Source: Perna viridis
Lineage: Eukaryota
Reading direction: 5' to 3'
DNA length: 64,000 nt
Assembly (NCBI GenBank): GCA_037379345.1
Contig: CM074519.1
Location: forward strand, 22,718,103-22,782,102
Shown here piece after piece: positions 53,915 to 64,000 of the stretch. A program made the translations under genes and the position numbers. The stretch's first letter is position 1, and each line of letters opens with the position of its first letter. The notes beneath the pieces are model-generated. The model worked only from the letters and a program-made list of their open reading frames with translations, was not told where the DNA came from and made no database searches.

Positions 53915-54147
53915 CTAAGGTATAGGATAGTTTTCGCAAATGAAGTTTAGAAGAACACTACAATTTTTTTCAGACCACTGTCCATTGAATTGGTTTTTAC
54001 TTTGAAATTCCATAGAGAGACATCTTTCTATTCCACTAAAATTCGTGGGTTGTCCTGGAAACCAAAAGGCAAAGTCAAGCTGGTCGCCATTCGTCCACTT
54101 GAATATTTCGCTTTCATTTTGGTTTGCACCTACCCACCAATCGAGTC
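53915..54147 (-). CDS. Gene C terminal exon: second half of C-type lectin domain 2 (LDWWVGANQ...WFPGQPTN...CLSM...WSEKNC...FICE)
   Basis: TTTCAG acceptor in phase 1; WVG, WxxGQP, WxxxxC and FICE CTLD motifs; TAG stop. Confidence 0.92.
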
Positions 54148-55077
54148 CTGAAACCGTAAAATATTGTTTATAGTAAAACAAAATACGGAAACAACATTAC
54201 CACTTACATACCCGTCCACATAAAATGCAGACACTGCCAATAGAAAAATGAATCCTGGTGTAAAAAAACCCACCAAACAAACAGTGCTTTTGTCAGTCTC
54301 TATGTGTTATATTTTTGCGTACCGATAATCGTATCTGTATTCAATCTGTACTTTTGATAAAAAAAGTACATTTTTCTCCCACTAAAATCAACGAAATCAA
54401 ACAAAATCAAGAACCATAACTCTTTCAAAGTGCAAATTTCATGTACAATCTAAATAATTTTTATCTCAAAAGCGCAACAACCAAATGAAAAACTTAGACT
54501 AATCATGTGAACAGAAACTGTTTCTGAAGATGAAATTAAACTGAATTCAGTGTATTTTTTTACATGCAGAGATCATCTTTTGACTGATTTTTATAAAGAC
54601 TACTACTTAATTAGTTGGTATGATAATTGCAATACATGTATGTATTGGATGAGAATTATTTTTTCCTGGAAACTATAAAAAGAAATAAATGATTCTTAAT
54701 TCATAACTAATAAGAAAGCATGCATCGACAAATAAGTTGTAGGGAAATAGCACACGATAATGCACGGAGAAGACATATATATTAATAAATTTTCATTTTT
54801 TTAATAATGATAACACAAATAAAGCTGATATTTATATTATTGAAGCAAAACTTAATAGATTCATAACGAATTAAGGTGGTAGACCTAAGGTAAGGGAACT
54901 AACTCTTGAAATCAGTGATATGTCTGTATTATATTCAGTTTCACCAAAGCCTATCAAGCTTTCATTTGAAACAGCGTGAAATCAGTCCAAGTTACTTTGA
55001 CGCATACATGTGATAGGGTTGTGCCCCATTTCCTAGGTATACCGCTTTAAATTGATATTCTATATTAAACATCTTAC

Positions 55078-55254
55078 TTAAATTTCTGATTTTCTTAGTT
55101 ATAGCTTGTTGCTTTTCATTGCTATCCAGAACTACTAATCTTCCATTATGATCTTCACATGTCTTTTTAGCATGACTCCATGGCAGTCTATTTGCGGACA
55201 ACTGTATACACGTTCTCAGACCCATCATGTACGAGTAACAAGTAGACGGACAGT
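55078..55254 (-). CDS. Gene C exon: first half of CTLD2 (DCPSTCYSYMMGLRTCIQLSANRLPWSHAKKTCEDHNGRLVVLDSNEKQ...)
   Basis: 177 bp, phase 1-1, CTCAG acceptor and GTAAGA donor; WxxAxxxC-xxxGxL motif. Confidence 0.9.
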
Positions 55255-56197
55255 CTGAGATTAATAAAGATAAAAATGATGTAATATAATGATAAAAAAG
55301 CATCTTCAAAATCTACAAAGATGCACACCGCATACAATTTAGCTTTTTCACAGTATAAACAGCTAAAACAGGTCATCAAGCTAGACTTATCCTACTAATA
55401 TAAATATCGCGTGCGAAATGAACTCAGAAACTTAACTACTCGTGAACGTCGATGTATCTCTCTGCACCATGATAACCTATGTGTTCATAGTGTCATAATT
55501 TTCCTTTACTCCTTTTTCGTCTACCCTGGACTTGAATTTTCGCATGCAACTCGTTGGGTGTTTCAAGAAAAACAGAGGATGCTTACCATACCGGGACATG
55601 TACACCTGGTCCATGCTCTCAGTTTCAAATAGAGTCCCTGGAATGCATTCTTTTGATTTCATTGGAATCCTTATTCCCTTCATTACTTGTTTACAGTGTT
55701 CACACAATTTCATTTTTTTTTTTTTGAAAAATTAAAAAGATAAATACAGGTCAATTAAATAATTTATTCAAAATCAATATCAATTAAAACGACACCATTT
55801 CTTGTTATCTGGGAAATATTTGTATTTTATGTTATTTAACTCGATGAATCATATATTTAAATAGACAATTGGTATTAAGTGAAAGTCTCTGTAAGAATCA
55901 GACAGTGGGTAAACATGGTATGATTAAACCTACCATCAGAATCAAGAAAAAAAGACAAGATTTTCCATATCATTTTGGTAAATTGATTTATATTTTCACT
56001 GAAATGCACTGAAAATGAACATTTCAAGGACAGATAACTCTGTAAAAATCTCACATTTTTCTAACATTCTATTTTTTGATTCAGATATCAAATAATGGTC
56101 TTACATTGTTAGTTCGGTGGGTTATTGACATGCATGTTTCTGTTTTTTCCAAATATTATCTGATTCTGACAAAGACTTACACTTATGATATACATAC

Positions 56198-56428
56198 TTT
56201 GTGTCGGTTTCTCGCAAATGAATCGCAGAGAACTGTTGCAATTCCTATGGAACCACTGAAAAGATCGACTCTGACGAACGAAAGCACAATTTAATTTCGT
56301 CCCATTAACACCAAATGAGGATTTAGTAAGTGTAGTAGTCCAATTATTGTAATGAAGTTCTGCTCCGTTTACCCATTCAAATTGTCCATCAGTTCTGACA
56401 GCGCGTAAACCTATCCACCAATCGAACC
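56198..56428 (-). CDS. Gene C exon: second half of CTLD1 (FDWWIGLRA...FEWVNG...CAFV...WFHRNC...FICEK)
   Basis: 231 bp, phase 1-1, WIGL and FICE motifs. Confidence 0.92.
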
Positions 56429-57747
56429 CTATGATCACGAAAAAAAAATACGTAATAATATTAGTACACCAAGTATGAAGTCATAAAATATTGCCTAAAG
56501 TCTATTTATACGGCATAAATTTACGGTACCACTGCTGGTGAACCTAAGGTCCCCGAGGGTATCATTAACCCAGTAGTCAGGTTTGTCTGACCCCGAATAA
56601 TATCATATTGTATCTATTCCATTTCTGGAATCTTGCAGTTTTCCAAATTTTAGAATACGTAAGACACCGAGGCTTCATTCCTTGCAGTGTATATGGTAGA
56701 ACCTCTCGGTGATGGATTTGCCTTCCTCTTTCGATAGTTTTGGTTATGAGTACTTCTTGTATACAACTAACATTTTGATTATGATCTTCCTACATATTTG
56801 ATTTTGATGCTGCTGATGATATAAAACTTGTATTTTTTGTATTATACAATGTGTCACACAGATTTTTAAGACAGTAAATTATGTAATTCAGCAAGACTAT
56901 ACTAATTAACTGATTAAATCAAACAAAATATATGGAACTGAGAAAAGCTGTCGAAGACAAATAAAAAAAAAAAACTTTCATTCATAATAAATTTAAGACC
57001 ACGAACTTCCTACGTATTTGATTCCGACGTTACCGATTTGAGGTTACTTCTTGAAATCATTGTTTACGGATGTTTGCTATAATCATACGGTTCGTATTTT
57101 TTTGTACTTACAGTACTAAAATGTGTTACTCGAATCGTTTGTTTTCTTTTTAGTTTTCTGTCGTTATGCATATGTTTCATCGTTTTACTTTTTGGGATGA
57201 TTCTGTAACTATTTATTCATTGAGTTTTCTCATAGTACTTCATTCATTGCATGAAACGTTTCCAGTAAATCTTGTATATCTATGAATCAAAAATCTGTCA
57301 CAAACGCAACTACTGTTTAATTAAAGTGCTAAATTAAAAATGCACTCAAGTGTCTGTCCCAGTAAGCACCAGGCAGTGGGTGAAACATGGTATGAAAAAC
57401 CCCATCATTTTGATATTGAATTTGACTATTTGGACAATCAGAATCAAGGAAACCGGACAAGATTTTCTATGTCATGCTGGACCATTGAGTTACAATTTCA
57501 TTGAAATGCCTTGAAAATAAACATTTCAAGAATAGATAACTCTTTCGAAAGCCTTATTTGTCTAAGATTTTATAGAAAAACTGCTGAGCACAACCAGTGA
57601 TGTAGAGATCAAATAATGGTATTTTCAAATTGAGAAAGTATATCCTTGAGTGATTTTACATTGCCAGATCGTAGGGGTTTTGACATGCATATTTCTAATT
57701 TTTCCTATTTTCCCTGATTCTTACAAAAACGTAAACTTAGTTATTAC

Positions 57748-57909
57748 CACTTGCATGTTCTTCTATCACATGATGTTTTCGTGTACTGTCTATGACAACC
57801 AGTCTCCCGCCATCGGCTTCACATGTACGACGAGCATCCCACCAACTCTTTTTAACATGATAGAAACTCAAGTAGCTACCGAAATCTAGACTGTAATCGT
57901 ATCCCTGAA
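57748..57909 (-). CDS. Gene C exon: first half of CTLD1 (VQGYDYSLDFGSYLSFYHVKKSWWDARRTCEADGGRLVVIDS...)
   Basis: 162 bp, phase 1-1 using the ATTAG acceptor and GTAATA donor; boundaries uncertain by a few nt. Confidence 0.85.
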
Positions 57910-58196
57910 CTAATATTATCAAAATATATATTTATTCTTTTCATTATGTTGTAAACTGTGCTGAATAAAAAGTAGGCTTCTATAAAAGCAAAGCTCAATT
58001 GATAAATTTAGGTCATAAAATTCTTAAAAAAAACATTAACGAATACTTTTCCGAGACCTACAAATTAATAGGTATGCACAATGAATTCGTCTGTTAAATT
58101 TGATTAAGATTAGTAAATTTAATGTTTAAAAAGGTTCACCCAAGTTACGAAATAATTGGGTGTTTGATTAAACGTATGCGTTACAGTTACATATAC

Positions 58197-58295
58197 CTTT
58201 GCAATATGCTCCCGAAAATCCGAACATGCACCGACATTGGTCTGGTGCTACACATGTTCCTCCATTCGGACAAGTCATTGATCCACCACAAAGGG
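58197..58295 (-). CDS. Gene C exon: EGF (ALCGGSMTCPNGGTCVAPDQCRCMFGFSGAYCK)
   Basis: 99 bp, phase 1-1, TTGTAG acceptor and GTATAT donor. Confidence 0.9.
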
Positions 58296-59120
58296 CTACA
58301 ATTATTGATTTGATTATTGAATATCATTCTTTAGAGGTTTAAGGTATGTTCATGATACAAAATATGAACGGTCAACCAACCACTGTAGTTAGATAAAACA
58401 ATATGATTTTGGTATTTGCATATGTATTATCAAAAAGGTTTCTCGCCGAGGAAGCGATCGAAGGCCATGGACTATTCACCCAGAATTCTTACCACAAGTA
58501 GGGCCAGTTTTGCCCATTGTTCAAATGTCCGAAATTTTAATTAGATTCTGTGGAAAAACTCCTCAAATTTTCCCAAAATCAGAAATTGTGGAGAAAAGTA
58601 CCAAAAGTAGTAACACAAATTTTGAAAATGCACTTTCGACAAGTTCGCTCATAGTTGAACACTTTAAGTCGAGTACTTCCAAAGAAGCACCGTTACAACC
58701 ATTGCATGGTTTAGTTTTTGTTTTTGCGTTTATGATTTAAGAAACCACGTTTTCTATCGGAGCAAGATGATCGGTCATGTGCTTTTGTCGGTGACTTTGT
58801 TTTGCAAATTTGACAGTATATATCGTTCGGAAGTTTTCAGATCCTTAAATACTATGTTTTACATGTATTGAACTTCTATGCCGTTTAAATATATTGCATA
58901 CTCTATACTACACCATAACTTAGAAACGGCAAAAAACTTTGATATGCAGTAAAGATCCTACTATTATATACTTAGTAATCTAAGTATGTCTAGAAACTGA
59001 TTGTTATAAACACTATTCATTATTTGTCTTACTTCTATTTGCACCAGAACATATGCTTTTATGCTCGGAATTAAAATAATCTACATTGGATATGTATTTT
59101 CTAATTTTTAGTCCAACTAC

Positions 59121-59234
59121 CTTTCTCACAAGTGAGTCCACCAAAACCATGAATACATTCACATCGATAACCTCCAACTTCATCCACACAACTGCCTCTA
59201 TGTTCACAAATTATGCCAATACAATCATCTATGT
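59121..59234 (-). CDS. Gene C exon: cbEGF (DIDDCIGIICEHRGSCVDEVGGYRCECIHGFGGLTCEK)
   Basis: 114 bp, phase 1-1, Notch/fibropellin-type EGF consensus. Confidence 0.92.
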
Positions 59235-59586
59235 CTGAAATGTGTTTACGAAAGCTCACAAATGAAATAAAAAACAGAAGGTGAAGGGAATGTTGAAAAC
59301 AATCTGCGAAAAAGCTACACATTCCCAAATTTTCGCGTTCATCTCATGAACATTATTATTAGTTAATTTGAACAGTAAAATCAGTACTTGGAACTCAACT
59401 TAACGTTTCTAGAGGCCATCGCAAAATACCTCGCCATTTTTTGTGGCAGGGTATAAAATGTAGTCATACAAATACAACATGCTTGATGACTAAATGTATA
59501 TACCATTATGAAATAGGAAAAGACTGATTTCACAGTGCATTCATCGTGGAAAATATTTATTGATAACTATTGACATGAAGACCTAC

Positions 59587-59709
59587 TGTGACACTCTGTT
59601 CCATTGCTATCTAATAAATAGCCATGTCTACAACTGCACTGAAATGATCCAATTGTGTTCGTACAAATTTGGGAACAGTTGGAAGCTGTAGTATTGCATT
59701 CGTCTATAT
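59587..59709 (-). CDS. Gene C exon: cbEGF ([41 protein letters not shown])
   Basis: 123 bp, phase 1-1, TTGCAG acceptor and GTAGGT donor. Confidence 0.92.
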
Positions 59710-60877
59710 CTGCAAAAGAAAGACGAGCATAGTGAATTATGTCTTAAAATACTCAGTCAGAAAAGATTTCACATAGATCAGCAACAAAAGTGTAGTTTAA
59801 TGAAAATAAAACAGAAATATATATATTGAGAATTTGTTTAGCTTATCATTAATTCATAATGCAAGTCTGAAATATACTGGCTACTTTCATTTTTGCCGGT
59901 TTAATCATGACTTTGCAAGAGCGAATAGTATTTAGGATTTTCCACTGAAATGGGAAATAAATTTTATCAATATCCCTATTTATTTATCAACACTCATATC
60001 TTATATTTTACTATTATATCTATACAATTGTTTTGAAAGGTATTGTTTCGAAATTTGGTAAGAATTAAAACCAAATTAAAGGTTTTAAAATGTAAACTAT
60101 AATAAATATATAACTCTAAAACAAAGTCAGTACAGAAATTCCCAACTTTTTTATAGACATTTTTGTGTGTCCAGTAAAAATGTATTACACGATGATGTTT
60201 GATCGACTTTAGCTACGTATAATAGTAATATCTGTTTTAACGTATGCACTGGAAGATTTTCATTTGGCGAAATACAAGTATGAGTTCGATAGTCCAGGCC
60301 AAGTTTTGGTTACATAATTCTAAATCAATATACAGTTCCCGTGTTGCAAAACGAAATTAATAAAACATTCAAGATACATTTGAAATCTGCTACTTTTACA
60401 GTATACGTAAAAGAATATGCAGAGGTCAGAATAACTACAGCAATATTGAATGACATGTAACATTTCTCAGTGTAATCAAGATAACCGGATTGGCAATACA
60501 GTGTGCGACATTGACTTTCCAGGAAGAACTTATATTTGAGAAAATGGAAGATACATTTCTAAATCCAGTAAACTGAAATTTATCTGTTTACTTTTCACAT
60601 TTAATGGCACCATACTAAGTCAACTGAAGTTGTAATAGAAGACAGAGAAATTCGTTTGATATGTATTTAGATAGATAAGCAAAACTAGATTAATATACGT
60701 TTTTTTTTAAGAAATTTTGATAAATCCGATATATTAGGGAAAAAATGTCTCATTCTAAAACAAAATACCGTAGCATCGTTTGTGATTGTAACTGCACTGT
60801 TCTAATGTAATCTAATTCCTTTCACACAAGAAACAAATATGGATATTGGGTTGAGCAATGCCGAAGTTTGCATTTGA

Positions 60878-61080
60878 CTGTTGTTGAAGTACTATTATTC
60901 GTGAGGTACCAATTTTCGTGGTTTTCCTGGGTAGACTAAACCACAAAAATTGGTTCCCAACAAAAAAGTTGATGGGTATACTGAAATCCTAAAAAAACAC
61001 GAATTCAAGAATCCACGTACTTGGGTTCCTTCCCTAATCCACGAAAATTGGTATCTATGAATTGAAGAACTTTCACTGTA
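60878..61080. mobile_element. Short Tc1/mariner-type MITE
   Basis: Inverted GTACCAATTTTCGTGG / CCACGAAAATTGGTA. Confidence 0.6.
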
Positions 61081-61262
61081 ACTGTCATAATATCTTCCAT
61101 CATCAAAAGTAAAGTTTGTTTGTATTATCATTGTATTTTCATGATACGTTCATAATTTCCAGCATATTCCGACCGGAAAGTTATACTATATTGTTTTGTT
61201 ACTTTGAATTCATGGTTCTCCGTAAATGGTCTTAAATCTAATTATTCATAAACTATCTTTAC

Positions 61263-61385
61263 CGAAGCATGTTTTCATGTCGTATCCAAGCTGGTATCCA
61301 TTCTCACATTTACATGTGAATGACTTGTACTCATTCACACAGAACTGATTACAACCACCATTTTCTACCAAACATTCATCTATGT
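61263..61385 (-). CDS. Gene C exon: cbEGF (DIDECLVENGGCNQFCVNEYKSFTCKCENGYQLGYDMKTCF)
   Basis: 123 bp, phase 1-1, TTTCAG acceptor and GTAAAG donor. Confidence 0.92.
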
Positions 61386-62399
61386 CTGAAATAAAACAAA
61401 TAAATATCGACAATAAGGATTTAGAAAATCAAATAATACTAATATCTTCGCACTTTCATCACGTAATCCCTTTTCATATTAATTTGTAGAAGAAAGAATT
61501 TACGTACGATTGGTTTACTGAGCATTTACAAACACACATTAAAAAGATGAAAATCGAAAAAAAAAAGAAAACAAACAACAAAAACAGATAAAAACAGATT
61601 GAAAAAAACTAAAAAGCTAGTCTAATTGTAAATTACGATTAATATTAATTGAATTCCATTATGCAGTTTAAGAGAAGTTGTAGAACAGATAATTATCTCC
61701 CTTTTCTCGATCATTGGAAATACCAACATTGTTTTGCATAGGGAACCCTTGAACAAATCATTCGGATGGATAAACAAAATAGAAGGTACACAATAGCATC
61801 AGATAATAAAGAATTTGAGAAAAACTAAAACAATTTAATTCAATGGTCTTCCAGATTAGAAGTTGTCACGGATGAACTGACGGATAGACGGACATGCAGC
61901 ATGCAGTATCTATCACCAGCATTTCAGGAAGTAGTTTAAAATCATGTATATACCAGAAATTATAAAATAACTAAAATACCATAGTGAAATATTGGCTGGC
62001 AGTGATATGACCGTAACAAAACTAACATAAATTTAACAATTTTAGGGCAAGACAAGAATACACAAACAACATCATGGGTGCATTGAGCCTGTAGTTTGCT
62101 TAACTATTGCATGCGATCTGGTATATCTCAAACTACATTTTGCGATTGAAGATTGCATTTACAATGGATAATTTACGATAATAATAACAGTAAAAAAATT
62201 GGGTCATGTGTGTATTAAACCTGTAATCTGTTTAACTGTAGCAGCATGCGATTTGGTATTATTTAAACTGCATTTTTCGATTTAGGATTACATTTACAGT
62301 GGACTTATGTCCATTATACATAAAAAAAAACCAATTGTATGTTTTGTCTATTTTTTTCTAAAATAATGTATATAGCTATCAAATAAATCAAGGTATTAC

Positions 62400-62522
62400 C
62401 TTTACAATTTTTCAAATCTGTAAGAAGTATCAGACCATGTTCACATTTGCAACGATACGATCCTGGAATGTTCTGACATATATTGCTACAATTCCCGTTC
62501 TGTTCCAAACATTCGTCAATAT
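62400..62522 (-). CDS. Gene C exon: cbEGF ([41 protein letters not shown])
   Basis: 123 bp, phase 1-1, TTCAG acceptor and GTAATA donor. Confidence 0.92.
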
Positions 62523-62731
62523 CTGAATAATTACAGAATTTTGCATTTGACCATTTGTAAAAATAAAAAAAAATAAAATAAAAGGGAAATATCTGGACAT
62601 ACTGGTATATAGAGATGCAGTGCATACATCATTAACAATTATGAATTAGTGTAGTCAGGCTTCAAGTGGTACATAAACATGTAATACCTAGGTTGATATA
62701 ACTTTATGCTTCAAACTTCAAACATACCAAC

Positions 62732-62845
62732 CTGATCCACACAGATTTCCTTCAAATCCTTGCGCACATTTACATCTAAAACGCCCAACTTCATCCACAC
62801 AAGTGCCTCCATTATTGCATATTATGCCAAAGCAATCATCAATGT
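62732..62845 (-). CDS. Gene C exon: cbEGF ([38 protein letters not shown])
   Basis: 114 bp, phase 1-1, TTGCAG acceptor and GTTGGT donor. Confidence 0.92.
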
Positions 62846-63417
62846 CTGCAATGCATTTAAAAACACATATTTTGGCATAACAAATAAAAACGTCAAAAAG
62901 GGTAACGACTCCATTATGGACGAACAAATTTACACGAAAAGTAGACAAAAGTAGATCTCATCATGCTACACACTTTTACCCCTCGTCAGAATCGGTTTAG
63001 GGAATGTATGCAAGACACTGCTGTCTGACCCTAAGTTCTATTTTAGTAAAAGCGGCATTATCTAATCATCCTACATCAGGTTAGGGCAAAAAACCGTGAG
63101 AAACATTCATTCCAAGTTTGGTTTTAATTGGTGACTTCTAGGTTACCTTTGGACCTCTAGAACAGACCATAAAGTGACATTCTAGATACCTGCTTTTTTC
63201 AGATTCAACATCCACGTCCTATTTTTTGTTTCTTGTTTTTTTTTTTTCGTTATTTTTCCATTTCAATTAGACCAAATAAGTAGTCCCTTTTCATTACTTA
63301 TAAAAAGGTTGTTTACAAAATATTGACTTTCTTTCGATAAATCTTCTGTGAAATATAATTGTAGATACCACGACAACGACTATTCAAATCGACAACGAGT
63401 AATAAAATCTTAACCAC

Positions 63418-63540
63418 CTTGACAAGATATCCCATCCTTCTCTAGATAATAACCATGTCTACAACTACATTCATAGGATCCAATTGTGTTTGTACAGATT
63501 TGGGAACAGTTGGAAGCTGTAATATTGCATTCATCCAAGT
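63418..63540 (-). CDS. Gene C exon: cbEGF ([41 protein letters not shown]); gene continues beyond the window
   Basis: 123 bp, phase 1-1, TTTGCAG acceptor and GTGGTT donor. Confidence 0.92.
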
Positions 63541-64000
63541 CTGCAAATAAAAAGTCGGTAAATTATACTTTTGAACAGACCTGTATACAGTCAAAACATG
63601 AACTCATACATTTCAAATAAATTGATAGCAACAACATATTATTTAGCCACACGAATACACTGATGACCATAAATTCCCAGCGCCATCATGACTTCAAAAG
63701 ATTACATCGAAATAAAACTACTTAACTACGTATCACAAACCATAAAGTTGTCACAGCTGTACCCCTCTTATCTTTTGTTGTTTGTTTTAATTCTGATGTT
63801 AGCAGGGATACTCTTAGCGTAGGTGTTGGTTACTGTAATTTTCTATCTTGTTTCAAACTGAATGCCATATAATAAATACAATCATGCACCTTGGTTTATA
63901 TATGTAATTTTCAAAACCGAATTCAGATCATATATTAATTGAACTAACCACATCATGTACAATAAATATATTACATAAATGACCAAACAATTATGACAAC

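Overview
AT-rich, repeat-dense eukaryotic (animal) genomic DNA. The repeat families and gene types look like a bivalve mollusc, probably mytilid-like; this is inference. Most ORF-track entries are spurious, and three spliced genes can be built by hand from GT-AG exons with consistent phases. (1) Minus-strand gene A (~17660->5312; first exon not found): an EMI-like N-terminus with a tandemly duplicated exon, EGF and Ca-binding EGF exons, and a ~298-aa terminal domain I do not recognise. (2) Plus-strand 5-exon orphan gene B (40981-50474, 412 aa): bipartite NLS, Ser tract and a degenerate PD-(D/E)xK-like motif set. (3) Minus-strand gene C (>63540->53915; 5' end outside the window): at least 7 EGF exons followed by two C-type lectin domains. 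Genes A and C share paralogous EGF exons. The rest is transposon-derived. It includes a Penelope-like RT relic and ~10 co-terminal 3'-end copies carrying a conserved multi-stem RNA motif, a circularly permuted tRNA-headed element with 69-bp terminal repeats, several MITE families, Helentron-type elements, a ~3-kb foldback element and a decayed SWIM-containing transposase. No rRNA, true tRNA or CRISPR array was seen.
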